Shown in pieces: positions 9,458 to 19,314 of a DNA stretch of 64,000 nt. The notes below the pieces were generated by a model. It was not told the origin of the DNA, made no database searches, and was given only the letters and a program-made list of their open reading frames with translations. The first letter of the stretch is position 1. Each line of letters begins with the position of its first letter. This stretch comes from Gammaproteobacteria bacterium. Its GTDB lineage: Bacteria > Pseudomonadota > Gammaproteobacteria > Steroidobacterales > Woeseiaceae. Position numbers and translations under genes: made by a program. The stretch spans positions 13,904 through 77,903 of the forward strand of contig JAOTVR010000001.1 in assembly GCA_029863305.1 (NCBI GenBank), read 5' to 3'.

Positions 9458-10189
9458 ATGTCACTCCCGGGAATCGAAGTCAATGCCGCTGCGGATGTCC
9501 GCATTGAACGCGTTACCGATGCTCACAGTTGCGTCGTCATCGATGATTTTCTCAAAGACCCGCAGTCCGTCGTCGCATTCGCGATCGAGAATGCGGATGC
9601 GTTTTCAGTTCCCGCCGACAGCTATCCGGGCCTCCTGTTCGACGTGGCCGAAGAGTCGATGGCAGAGATTAACCGATACGTACGCTCGGAAATGAGCCGC
9701 CGGTTTTCCTTCTTGCGCGGCGGTATCAAGACAGCCGCCTACCTGTCGATGGCGACACTGCAGCCGGACGAGCTGTCAAATTTGCAGCGCCTCTGTCACA
9801 CGGACCCGCGCGAACGGCCCGATCGCCGTAATTACGCTGGATTGGTCTATTTGTTCGAGGACGAGGCATTGGGCGGCACCGGCTTTTACCGCTGGAAGGA
9901 GCAAAAACTCATTGAAGAAGCAACCGCGCTGGAGCTCGAAGATCCGAAGCGTGCGTCGGCCTTTCTACAGGAACATTTTGCGACCTACCGGCAGCCTGCC
10001 CGCTACATGACCGAAAGTAACGAAATCGCGGAGCTGTGCCTCGAGATTCCCGCCCGCTTCAACCGCTTCATCTTTTACTCCGGCGATTTACCGCACAGCG
10101 CGAGCATCTCTGCACCAGAATTACTCACGGAGGATTTTTCCAGGGGGCGATTGACGCTAAACTGCTTCGTCAGTGTTCGAGCCCGATAG
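9458..10189 (+). CDS. Uncharacterised 2OG/Fe(II)-oxygenase-like protein (possibly DUF6445-type; recollection, unverified)
   Basis: Start at MSLPGIEV (ATG 9458). A candidate facial triad is visible: LCHTDP (HxD), DLPHSA (distal His) and GRLTLNCF (Arg). Confidence 0.55.
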   Translation: MSLPGIEVNAAADVRIERVTDAHSCVVIDDFLKDPQSVVAFAIENADAFSVPADSYPGLLFDVAEESMAEINRYVRSEMSRRFSFLRGGIKTAAYLSMATLQPDELSNLQRLCHTDPRERPDRRNYAGLVYLFEDEALGGTGFYRWKEQKLIEEATALELEDPKRASAFLQEHFATYRQPARYMTESNEIAELCLEIPARFNRFIFYSGDLPHSASISAPELLTEDFSRGRLTLNCFVSVRAR

Positions 10190-10329
10190 GCGAGGATTTC
10201 ACTATCAGTAACGGTAGCTCACAGCAAGAAACATTCGATCGTGCCCTCGGCTTCCTGCGTGGCAGCGAATTTCAGTTGGCGGCCGACCTGTGTCGGGATG
10301 CACTGCTGGAGCAGCCGCAGGACGACAAG

Positions 10330-12213
10330 ATGCGCGTATTGTTCGGCACGATACTGGTTCGACAGAACGAGTTCGCACTGGCCGAAAAAGAACTCCGAGA
10401 CGTGATTTCCAGATGGCCGGACATTCCCAAGGCACATCGTGAGTTGGCCAATGCCCTGATTGCCCAGGGACGTGGCGACGAAGCCATTGAAAGTTACAGG
10501 CGCGTCATCGAGCTGACTCCCGGAAGTGCCGTCGCCCACCGGGATCTGAGCATGGCGTTCAAGTCCCTGGGGCGCATGGACGAGGCAAAGCAGGCTCTCG
10601 ATGAATCCTTCGAACTCGACCCGGACCGCAAGGAACTCGTCATCGCGGTCGAACATCAACGCGCCGGCGAATATGGCAAGGCAGAGATTATCTGTCGTGA
10701 CATTCTTCGAAAAGACCCCACCAACGTGAACGCGACGCGCCTGCTGGGTACTATCGGGGCGGAACTGGGCAAGCATAAGCTCGCCGTGCGGATGCTGCGC
10801 AATGCCGTGAAGCTGGAACCGCAGTTTTTCGGCGCGTGGATTGACCTCGCTCGAGAACTGATGGAAACGGACGAACTCAAGGAGTGTCATGATGCGCTCC
10901 AGCAGGCCATCAAACTCCGGCCCGACCTGCCACATCCGCGCATGCTGCTCGGCAACCTGCTGAACAAATCCGGAAAATTCGAAGACGCGGTGGACGCATT
11001 CAAGATCGCCCTCGAAAAACAGCCGGATCATGGTGGCGCCCTGGCTGGTCTCGGCCACTCGCTGAAGACAATCGGTCGTCAGGAGGAGGCAATCGACACC
11101 TATCGCGACTGCATCAAGGCTTTCCCGGCATTCGGCGAGGCTTACTGGAGTCTCGCAAACCTCAAGACGTTTCGTTTTAGTGACGACGAGATCGCCACGA
11201 TGGAGCGCAATGTCGCTGACGAGAAATTACTCGATGAAACGCGTGTCAATTTCAATTATTCGCTGGGCAAGGCCTATGAGGATCGCGGCGATTTCGACCT
11301 GGCATTCAAGTGCTACGACCGCGGCAACCGCTTGCGCCGGCCGAACGAGAATTACGACCCGGTGCAGACAGAATTCGTCCACGACCAGATCATCGAGACC
11401 ATTACTCCCGGGCTTCTGCAGCAAAATGAAGGCAATGGCCATCCGGATAATTCACCCATATTCATCGTTGGTCTGCCCCGATCCGGGTCGACGCTGGTCG
11501 AACAGATCCTCGCCAGCCACTCCCAGGTTGATGGAACCCACGAGTTGCCCGACCTGCCGCGAGTGATACGCACGATCAACCAGCAGAAGCCTGAAGGTAA
11601 GAACTACCCGCAGGCCCTGCGACATTACGGCAAAGAACTTGCAACACTTGGGCAGCAATACATCGAGTCGACCAGCCGTTACCGCGCCGCAAGCCCGTTT
11701 TTTACCGACAAGATGCCGAATAACTTCGCGAGCGTTGGTCTGATCGCGCTGATCCTCCCCAATGCAAAAATCGTCAACGCCCGCCGGCATCCGCTCGACA
11801 GTTGCATGGGGTGTTTTAAACAGTTGTTCTACAAGGGCCAGTCGTTCACCTACGACCTCGTTGAACTCGGTGAATATTATCTGGAATACCAGCGTCTGAT
11901 GGACTACTGGCACGAGATTCTGCCGGGCAAAGTGCTGGACGTTGACTACGAGAACATGGTCGCCGATCAGGACAAGCAGACCCGGCGGCTGATCGAGTAT
12001 TGCGAGCTGCCCTGGGAAGACGAATGCCTCAGATTTTACGAAACTGACCGCGCCGTCATAACCGCGAGTTCCGAGCAGGTCCGGCAGCCTATTTACGCCG
12101 GATCCGTCAACTCCTGGCGCCGCTTCGAGCCGCATCTCGGGCCATTGATCGAAGTGCTGGAACCCCTGCTACGGAAGCTTCCTGAGGAACAGAGACCCGA
12201 GATTCTTAATTGA
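10330..12213 (+). CDS. TPR-repeat sulfotransferase
   Basis: At least 8 TPR-like helix pairs are followed by GLPRSGSTLVEQIL (5'-PSB-like P-loop) and ARRHPLDSCMGCF (3'-PB-like RxPxDxxxS). The stop is firm. The start is uncertain: 10330 is the first canonical ATG, but TPR-like sequence continues upstream (see finding). Confidence 0.75.
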   Translation: MRVLFGTILVRQNEFALAEKELRDVISRWPDIPKAHRELANALIAQGRGDEAIESYRRVIELTPGSAVAHRDLSMAFKSLGRMDEAKQALDESFELDPDRKELVIAVEHQRAGEYGKAEIICRDILRKDPTNVNATRLLGTIGAELGKHKLAVRMLRNAVKLEPQFFGAWIDLARELMETDELKECHDALQQAIKLRPDLPHPRMLLGNLLNKSGKFEDAVDAFKIALEKQPDHGGALAGLGHSLKTIGRQEEAIDTYRDCIKAFPAFGEAYWSLANLKTFRFSDDEIATMERNVADEKLLDETRVNFNYSLGKAYEDRGDFDLAFKCYDRGNRLRRPNENYDPVQTEFVHDQIIETITPGLLQQNEGNGHPDNSPIFIVGLPRSGSTLVEQILASHSQVDGTHELPDLPRVIRTINQQKPEGKNYPQALRHYGKELATLGQQYIESTSRYRAASPFFTDKMPNNFASVGLIALILPNAKIVNARRHPLDSCMGCFKQLFYKGQSFTYDLVELGEYYLEYQRLMDYWHEILPGKVLDVDYENMVADQDKQTRRLIEYCELPWEDECLRFYETDRAVITASSEQVRQPIYAGSVNSWRRFEPHLGPLIEVLEPLLRKLPEEQRPEILN

Positions 12214-12278
12214 ATGTGGACCCGCCATCCTCTATGATCGCCTGAAGTAAGTACTAATACGTACTCCGGGGGAAATCG

Positions 12279-14915
12279 ATGTCCAAACAGCAGAAGTCTG
12301 GTCCAACTCAGTTCAGCGGTATTCACTACAGCACAACCATCGGCGCAGCGGTTGCCGCGGCCGTCGGTGCATCTCCGGCTTTCGCGCAACAACAGTCCGC
12401 CGGCATCGAGGAGATCACCGTCACGGCGACCAAACGTGGCGAAGTCAGCATCATGGATCTCGCAGGCAGCATTCAGGCCTTCGATACCGAGGCCATTCGT
12501 AACCAGAACCTGTTCAACATCGAGGACTACGCCAAGTTCACCCCCAGCCTGACGTATTTCGGTAACCAGATCGGACAGGGCAAGGTTTTCTTCCGCGGCA
12601 TCGCCGATGCGCCGGATACGTTCATTGTTTCCCAATCAGCGGCCGTCTATCTCGACGAGCAACCCGTAACGCAGGGCGCCGCCGTCGACGTGCGGCTCGT
12701 TGATATTGAACGGGTCGAGGCCCTGAGCGGACCGCAGGGGACCCTGTTCGGCTCGAGTTCACAGTCCGGAACGCTGCGCATTGTCACCAACAAGCCGGAC
12801 CCATCCAAATTCGAGGCTTTTGTCGACGCCAGTCTGAAGGGTATGAGTGAGGGCGAGGGAAGTTACGACATCTCGGGCATGGTCAACATCCCGCTCGCGG
12901 ACGATCAGTTTGCAATCCGGCTTGTTGGCTTCTCCGCCACCGAAGGCGGCTTCATCGACAATGTGCTCGGCACGACAGGCAACTGCGAGTTCTACGACAA
13001 ATGCGCGGTCGACGGGCCAGAACTGAACACGAACGCGGTCGAGGACGACTGGAATGAAACGACCATTTCCGGTGGCCGTGCGTCGGCCAAATGGTTCATC
13101 AACGACGACTGGAGCGCGATGCTCGGCCTGGCCACGCAGAGTGTCGAGTCCGATGCCGAAAACAGTTATGACCCGACAATAGGTGACCTCGAACTGATCG
13201 CCTTTCATCCGGACACATTTGAAGATGACTGGACGCAGGTTGCGCTGACGATCGACGGCTCGATCAATGACAAACTCAAGTTTACGTCTGCGACCGCCTA
13301 TTTCACACGCGACAGCCAGTATGCTCAGGACACCACCGAGTACGCCGCCTATTTCGGCCAGTGGTGTTACTACTTCACGCGGGCCTACAACATCTATTGT
13401 TTTCAGCCGGCAGGCGCCTACTACTTCTACAACGACCCCGTCGGCTTTCTGGTCAACGATCAGGAGAACACCTCGTTCAGTCAGGAATTCCGCCTGTCCT
13501 ACTCAGGAGACAGAGTCGAGTGGGTTGCCGGCGTGTTTTACGAGGACCGGCACGAAGAATGGGATTTCGATACCTTCGTAACGAATCAGGGCGGTTATCG
13601 GAATTCGCAGGCATTTGCGAACTGGAACAACCCCTATAGCCTGCTCCTGGTGCCAAAAGAGGACCCCGGGCCCGGTGAAGACCCTAACTACTACATTCCG
13701 CAAGGCTGGAACGTCGGCGCGGCGCCAACCGACTCGTGGTGGTTCTCCGGTGACGATACGGACTGGGAAACCCTCGCTGTCTTCGGCGAGGCGACTTTCC
13801 ACCTGACGGATGCGCTTTCGTTAACCGCCGGCGCTCGCTGGTTTGACGTGGAGCAGACCAAGATCTATTCCGTCCAGAATCCGGGCGGCCGGCTGACACC
13901 CGCCACCCAGAATGTGGACGGCACAGCGCCCGCCAAGTTCGGCTGCCTGATCACGGATGCGCCGTGTAATCCCAACGACAGCGACAATCCTGCCGACACG
14001 GGCTTCAACTTTATCAACTCGTCAGACGATGACATCGCCGTGAAGTTGTCACTGCAATACAACATCAACGACGACGTCATGGTCTACGGTTTGTATTCGG
14101 AGGGTTTCCGCGCCGGCGGTGTCAATCGTAACCGTGGTGCCCCCAAGTTGCCGCAGGCATACGGTGCAGACTTCCTCAAGAACTACGAACTCGGCCTGAA
14201 AGGCATGTTTGCAAGCGGCCGTCTGAGCGTCAGCGCACAGGCCTTTTTCCAAAGCTGGGATGATTATCAGCTGGAGGTGGTCGATCCGTCGCAGGTTCCC
14301 TGTGCTGACGATCCAACGCCACCCTGCGGTCAGCCTTGGCAGAAAGGCGTTCTCAATGCCGGCAGCGCAAGCTCCGACGGCTTCGAATTCCAGATCGAGG
14401 CCTTGCCGACCGACCGGTTGTCGCTGCGCTTCAACGCAACATTCCTGAGCGCAGAGATCAACAAGGATATTACGGCTGTGGAGGTTGCCGACGTCGGCAA
14501 GGGATCCAAGCTGCCGTTTGCACCGGAATTCAAGGGCTCCGCGTACGCTCAGTACAACTGGCCAATGCAGATTGCCGGCTCACGGGAAGGCTTCATCCAG
14601 GTTCAGTTCAGCCATGTCGGGGATTCGCTGAATCAGGTGCAGGCGACAGCTCCGGTCGCACTCGCGGACCTGACGCTGAGGGAGTCGGGTGGCGGAACGC
14701 CGCAGATGAAGCAGGAAGCCTACAACTATGCGAGCCTGAAGTTCGGCGTGGTTGGCGATGTGTGGGAGGCCAACCTGTTCGTCAACAATCTGACGGACGA
14801 GCGCGGTCAGCTGTATCACGACATCACGGACTTCGAACCGTTCTTCGGTCGCCAGCGTACGGCGGTGATCCGGCCGCGTGAGTACGGGATCCGCTTTTAC
14901 CGACGCTGGGAATAA
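12279..14915 (+). CDS. TonB-dependent receptor
   Basis: Long signal peptide ending SPAFAQQ, TonB box IEEITVTATKR, plug motifs (VERVEALSGPQGTLFGSSSQSGTLRIVT) and an 878-aa beta-barrel-sized body. Confidence 0.9.
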   Translation: MSKQQKSGPTQFSGIHYSTTIGAAVAAAVGASPAFAQQQSAGIEEITVTATKRGEVSIMDLAGSIQAFDTEAIRNQNLFNIEDYAKFTPSLTYFGNQIGQGKVFFRGIADAPDTFIVSQSAAVYLDEQPVTQGAAVDVRLVDIERVEALSGPQGTLFGSSSQSGTLRIVTNKPDPSKFEAFVDASLKGMSEGEGSYDISGMVNIPLADDQFAIRLVGFSATEGGFIDNVLGTTGNCEFYDKCAVDGPELNTNAVEDDWNETTISGGRASAKWFINDDWSAMLGLATQSVESDAENSYDPTIGDLELIAFHPDTFEDDWTQVALTIDGSINDKLKFTSATAYFTRDSQYAQDTTEYAAYFGQWCYYFTRAYNIYCFQPAGAYYFYNDPVGFLVNDQENTSFSQEFRLSYSGDRVEWVAGVFYEDRHEEWDFDTFVTNQGGYRNSQAFANWNNPYSLLLVPKEDPGPGEDPNYYIPQGWNVGAAPTDSWWFSGDDTDWETLAVFGEATFHLTDALSLTAGARWFDVEQTKIYSVQNPGGRLTPATQNVDGTAPAKFGCLITDAPCNPNDSDNPADTGFNFINSSDDDIAVKLSLQYNINDDVMVYGLYSEGFRAGGVNRNRGAPKLPQAYGADFLKNYELGLKGMFASGRLSVSAQAFFQSWDDYQLEVVDPSQVPCADDPTPPCGQPWQKGVLNAGSASSDGFEFQIEALPTDRLSLRFNATFLSAEINKDITAVEVADVGKGSKLPFAPEFKGSAYAQYNWPMQIAGSREGFIQVQFSHVGDSLNQVQATAPVALADLTLRESGGGTPQMKQEAYNYASLKFGVVGDVWEANLFVNNLTDERGQLYHDITDFEPFFGRQRTAVIRPREYGIRFYRRWE

Positions 14916-14935
14916 CCCGTCGTATCAGGTATCGA

Positions 14936-14970
14936 AAAAGGGTCAGAGCCCAGGGGCTCTGACCCTTTTT
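14936..14970. terminator. Bidirectional intrinsic terminator hairpin between convergent genes
   Basis: AAAAAGGGTCAGAGCC-cagg-GGCTCTGACCCTTTTT. The GC-rich stem is perfect, with an A-run on one side and a T-run on the other. It lies between stop 14915 (+) and stop 14983 (-). Confidence 0.8.
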
Positions 14971-14982
14971 CTTTGCGCCAGT

Positions 14983-15963
14983 CTATTCCTGGTAGGGCCA
15001 CGGCTCGAGGCCGTGGATCGCGTTGCGAATATCCATGGTCAGATTAACCGCGGCAACGGTGTCGTTGCTGTCGATGTCGTAGAGTGTGATCGTTGATGGT
15101 GATGATCCGCCCGCGATGAAACGGTCATCGACCACACACAATCCGCGGCCGAATCCCTGGCGGGCAATTTTCGAATCGTCGATGCCGGCGAATTCGATAT
15201 GCTCATCAGCGTAATGCAGTATCTTGAACGCGAGATTCGACCCATCACGAGCAACGAATCGAACATGGTCGCTGGCCGTGTCGTTCAACAACACGCCGCC
15301 GCGGAACGGTTGCGCATTGTGGGCTCCCGTCGGGATGTTACAAATTTCGTTGACCTCGAATTTGCTGTTCACATGCAACATGGCCCTGGTCTTCAAGCCG
15401 CTGAGGTACATGCCGGTGGCATCGACATGCACCATGTTGATATGGAAATTGTTGCTCGGCTCCGGCCCGACCGCTGTCCGCGGATCGAACCGACCGCCAC
15501 TCCAGCCTTTGAACTCCCGTCGTAACTGCATGCCCCAGATATAGTCATTCTTATCCAGATCGAAGGCCAGCAAGCTGTCGAAGCCGGTCGAGGTCAGGAA
15601 CAAGGTGCGGTCCATGCGGCTGATTTCGTGGCAATGCTTCAGATACCGGTTTCTGAACGAGCCGCGAATTCGAAACTGCCGGTCGTAGCGAAATAGTTCG
15701 TCGCTGGCGGCGACCAGGATATCGTCACCGTCGAAGGCGATCCCCCGCAGTCCGCGGTCCGCACCACGGCCTTCGAAGTCGATTTCACCGGTGTTCCAGT
15801 CTACGTGCTGCCGGCACTCCCGAGTTTCGAAGTCGATCGTGAATATGCCGCCGTGGCTTTCGCCCTGCTGGCTGCCACGGACGACGGATGTCGCCACCAG
15901 TTTTGGTAGTCTGATTGTCAAGTGAGTGCAATTCCACGAAAGCTTGTATTCTTGTTCATTCAA
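14983..15963 (-). CDS. Hypothetical protein, beta-strand-rich and probably propeller-like
   Basis: 326-aa ORF with periodic hydrophobic-strand/Asp-Gly segments (FDGDDILVAASD, LFLTSTGFDSLLAFD, MYLSGLKTRAMLHV, VLLNDTASDHVRFVARDG, FIAGGSSPSTITLYDID). I recognise no catalytic motif. Confidence 0.55.
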   Translation of the reverse strand: MNEQEYKLSWNCTHLTIRLPKLVATSVVRGSQQGESHGGIFTIDFETRECRQHVDWNTGEIDFEGRGADRGLRGIAFDGDDILVAASDELFRYDRQFRIRGSFRNRYLKHCHEISRMDRTLFLTSTGFDSLLAFDLDKNDYIWGMQLRREFKGWSGGRFDPRTAVGPEPSNNFHINMVHVDATGMYLSGLKTRAMLHVNSKFEVNEICNIPTGAHNAQPFRGGVLLNDTASDHVRFVARDGSNLAFKILHYADEHIEFAGIDDSKIARQGFGRGLCVVDDRFIAGGSSPSTITLYDIDSNDTVAAVNLTMDIRNAIHGLEPWPYQE

Positions 15964-15980
15964 CCCGCTTGGGCGCCCGT

Positions 15981-17576
15981 ATGCAATACGACGTGATTAT
16001 CGTTGGTGCCGGCCACAACGGCCTGACTGCCGCTGCCTACCTGGCTCGGGCCGGCAAGCGCGTTCTGATGCTCGAGCGACGCGATGTCGTTGGCGGCTGC
16101 GCTGTAACCGAAGAAGTCGACGCGCAGCTCGCTCCGGGTTGCCGCGTGTCCACCGCATCCTACATCGCCAGCATGCTCAGGCCAACGATCATTCGCGATC
16201 TGAAACTGGGTTCTTACGGCCTCAGGATGATCGCATGCGACCCGGGTGTGCAAGCGGCTTTTGCCGATGGCGATGTTGTCGGCTGGTGGTCTGACGAGAC
16301 GTCAATGCACCGGGAGCTCGAACGCATTGCGCCGAACGACATCGACGCATTTTTCACGGCCGAAAAGGAACTCAAACGGCTGGCCGCGTACCTGCAACCA
16401 TTCTTTCTGGAAGCCCCGCCCGATGTGCATGCCAGGGGCCTCCGCAGAATCAGCGAGATGTGGCGACTCTATCGTCGTTTTCGCGGCATGTCCGGCAAGG
16501 AAATCAGTGGACTCACGCGCTTTTTGACCGGATCACTCGGTGATTTCCTCGATCAGCGCTTCGAGTCCGACAAACTCAAACGGCTGATCCTGTCCAACAG
16601 CCTTTACGGCAAGCATGGAGGACCCTACCAGCCCGGCACCGCAATGGGCCTGTTGTTTCACCTGCTGAGCGGCGGTGATGCCGGGCAGCAAGCCTGGCAG
16701 GGCCACGTCATCGGTGGCATGGGCGCCGTAACGCAGGCCATGGGGGCCGCGTGCGCAGATCTTGGTGTCGAGATACGTACTGGCGCAGCCGTGCAGAGCA
16801 TCAATTCGAGCAGCGGCCGGGTTTCCGGTGTGACACTGGAGACAGGTGACGTGTTGGATTCAGGTATCGTCGTGTCGAACGCGGACCCGAAACGTACCTT
16901 CCTGCAACTGATCGATGCCGCCGCACTGAGCAGCGATTTTCGGCGCGATGTGCAAAACATCCGCATGGACGGACCTGCCGGCAAGGTCAATTTCGTGTTG
17001 TCCGAAGAACCGCAAGTCAATGGCATGCCTGCGAATCGCACGAAATTGCAGCGCTCGCTGTTTACCCTGATACCCACGCTGCAGGAAGCTGAAGACAACT
17101 ACAATGCATCGCGCCGCGGCGCACTGCCGAAAAGACTCTGGGTTGACTGTGTGGTTGCATCAAACGCCGACGATACGCTGGCCCCCGAAGGCCGGCACAT
17201 GCTGACCTGTTTCGTACAGTATCTGCCCTACCAACCAGGGAACGGCAGTTGGGACGAGCAGCGCGAGGCCCTCGGCGACAGAGTAACGGAGCTGATCGGT
17301 CAGTATGCGCCCAACGTTCCGAAAGCCGTCGTTGCCCGCAAGGTTTTTACGCCCCGCGATCTCGAGCAGACCTTCGGCATCACCGAGGGAAACATCTTCC
17401 ACGGCGACATATCGCTGCAGCAGATGTTCTTCATGCGTCCATTGCCCGAATGGGCTCAGTACGCGACACCCATCATCGGACTGTATCTTTGCGGAGCCGG
17501 AACACACCCGGGTGGTGGTGTCACAGGCGCACCGGGATACAATGCCGCGCACACGATACTGCGCTCACTCGGCTGA
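15981..17576 (+). CDS. NAD(P)/FAD-dependent oxidoreductase, phytoene-desaturase (CrtI/COG1233)-like, paralogue 1
   Basis: Start at MQYDVIIVGAGHNGLTAAAYLARAGKRVLMLERRDVVGG. C-terminal YLCGAGTHPGGGVTGAPGYNAA. Confidence 0.8.
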   Translation: MQYDVIIVGAGHNGLTAAAYLARAGKRVLMLERRDVVGGCAVTEEVDAQLAPGCRVSTASYIASMLRPTIIRDLKLGSYGLRMIACDPGVQAAFADGDVVGWWSDETSMHRELERIAPNDIDAFFTAEKELKRLAAYLQPFFLEAPPDVHARGLRRISEMWRLYRRFRGMSGKEISGLTRFLTGSLGDFLDQRFESDKLKRLILSNSLYGKHGGPYQPGTAMGLLFHLLSGGDAGQQAWQGHVIGGMGAVTQAMGAACADLGVEIRTGAAVQSINSSSGRVSGVTLETGDVLDSGIVVSNADPKRTFLQLIDAAALSSDFRRDVQNIRMDGPAGKVNFVLSEEPQVNGMPANRTKLQRSLFTLIPTLQEAEDNYNASRRGALPKRLWVDCVVASNADDTLAPEGRHMLTCFVQYLPYQPGNGSWDEQREALGDRVTELIGQYAPNVPKAVVARKVFTPRDLEQTFGITEGNIFHGDISLQQMFFMRPLPEWAQYATPIIGLYLCGAGTHPGGGVTGAPGYNAAHTILRSLG

Positions 17577-19304
17577 GTAACTACAAGCTCCCGGCATCGG
17601 CTCCGGTAAATTCCAGCGCCGACTCGCCGGATTATGAAATTCATCGGCGTGCATGCGCCCGCCGCGTGTTTTGAACCATTCGACCAGCACATCGCGAACC
17701 AGCGGCGTGCCGTACGGAATGTCGAAGCCCCGGGGCGGAATCACGGGCGTAAATATGCCGTCGCCACCAAGCAGCAGAAAGTCGTTTGCGACAACCTTCA
17801 GTGACTCGGTGTCGCTGATCTCGCTACCATTCGATCGAACCATCCTCACCGACATCTGCGCGTCGCTACAGTCGATAAATACGCGCATGCCGGAAAATCC
17901 GGCGTATCGCCCTGTATTGTGTGCCTGGTTCGCGATGAGTTTGCGAAGCTCGGCGCCGCTTAACTCCACGATCGCAATGCGATTGTCGAACGGGAACATA
18001 CGAAACAGGCTGCCGTAGGTCAGCTCGCCTTCTGGCAACTCCGCACGAATACCGCCGTACACATTGTGTATTGAAATGTCTGCCGCGCTCGACTCTAGCA
18101 CCGCATCGGTCATCAGATTGCCAAGAGCCGATTCGGGCCGGTCATGCAGCGTCATCGGCGTTTCGAGGTACACACCGATAGGCTCAGCCTGAAATTTCGC
18201 CGCAACCGCGGCCGCATTCTCTGCGACCGCAACGACTTCGGGCATCGGCACGAGATCGCGACCTTCGTACGTGGCACGAGCGCGCGTACTGTCGTCTTCA
18301 AAACTGCAATGACCGTTTTTGTCCGGCACCTTGCGGCAGTTGGCCTGCGGCGGAAAAATGCGACGGTCGACGACGCGCCTTGTGGTGCGATCGAGCGTAA
18401 AGTCGACTCGGCTGAACGCCCGTGAATTGGAATAGCTTGCTGTGATGGCGATGCCATTGACTTCGTGCGCGATGCCCTGATGCACATGGCCCGCAACGAT
18501 GTGGTCAACGAGTCCCTGAGGTATCTCGTTGGCGACGCGCATGATTTCGCCCGACAAATCACACGACGATAAATCGAGTGGATCATCGAATATCTCGCAA
18601 CGGCCGCCAGCATGCGCAACGACGACGACCAGAGCTGCACCGGCCTTGCGCAGGAATCTGGCCCTGGCCGTGACGGAATCGGCAATTGGTGCAACATCGA
18701 TGCCCGCCGTATTGGCAACAATCGTCGTTTCCAGGAGCCGCTCGGTCAGCACACCAATGATGCCGATATCGATGCCCGCCCGTCGGACCATCGTCAATGC
18801 CTGGACATTGTCCCAAATGACCATTTCGTCTGTTGACGTATCGATCAGGTTTGCCGCCAGCAACGGAAAATCTGCCTCGGATGCTCTCTGCCGAAGCGCG
18901 CCTTGCGGCTCATCTCGTTCGGCCTCGGGAATGGACTTTGGCCCCGCAGGACCGAAATCGAACTCGTGATTACCAATCGCCGCCGCTGCGTAGCCAAGAG
19001 CATTGTAGGCCCCGACGACGGCAGCGCCTTCCGACAGGTTCGACTCGAGCGTGCCTTGCCACATATCGCCCGCATCGACGAGCAGCACGGCACCATCGTT
19101 GGCACGAGCGTCTCGCAGCGCAGCGATATAAGCGGAAAACGTCGTTATCCCACCACGAAAGGGCTGCGGAATCAGCTCGCCATGCACATCGTTGGTACCC
19201 ACAACGGATATGACAACTGTATCGGGTTCCGGGGCGGTCGGAGTCGGCGCGCAGCCAATACCGCCCAAGGTAATGAACAGAGCGGCAAATGCTAATTTTC
19301 GCAT
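17565..19304 (-). CDS. Bifunctional metallophosphatase / 5'-nucleotidase (UshA-like), probable lipoprotein
   Basis: Signal peptide with Cys (LGGIGC). Calcineurin-fold motifs GTNDVHGEL, DAGDMWQGT and GNHEFDFG. The 3' end overlaps the convergent gene by 12 nt. Confidence 0.85.
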   Translation of the reverse strand: MRKLAFAALFITLGGIGCAPTPTAPEPDTVVISVVGTNDVHGELIPQPFRGGITTFSAYIAALRDARANDGAVLLVDAGDMWQGTLESNLSEGAAVVGAYNALGYAAAAIGNHEFDFGPAGPKSIPEAERDEPQGALRQRASEADFPLLAANLIDTSTDEMVIWDNVQALTMVRRAGIDIGIIGVLTERLLETTIVANTAGIDVAPIADSVTARARFLRKAGAALVVVVAHAGGRCEIFDDPLDLSSCDLSGEIMRVANEIPQGLVDHIVAGHVHQGIAHEVNGIAITASYSNSRAFSRVDFTLDRTTRRVVDRRIFPPQANCRKVPDKNGHCSFEDDSTRARATYEGRDLVPMPEVVAVAENAAAVAAKFQAEPIGVYLETPMTLHDRPESALGNLMTDAVLESSAADISIHNVYGGIRAELPEGELTYGSLFRMFPFDNRIAIVELSGAELRKLIANQAHNTGRYAGFSGMRVFIDCSDAQMSVRMVRSNGSEISDTESLKVVANDFLLLGGDGIFTPVIPPRGFDIPYGTPLVRDVLVEWFKTRGGRMHADEFHNPASRRWNLPEPMPGACSYSAE

Positions 19305-19314
19305 GGCGGCTATT

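Noticed and set aside
10036-10189. GTG at 10036 as the start of the TPR-sulfotransferase
   Set aside because: It would overlap the preceding gene by 154 nt and add an Arg/Leu-rich segment with no TPR character. The SD-like GGAG is only 2 nt from the GTG.
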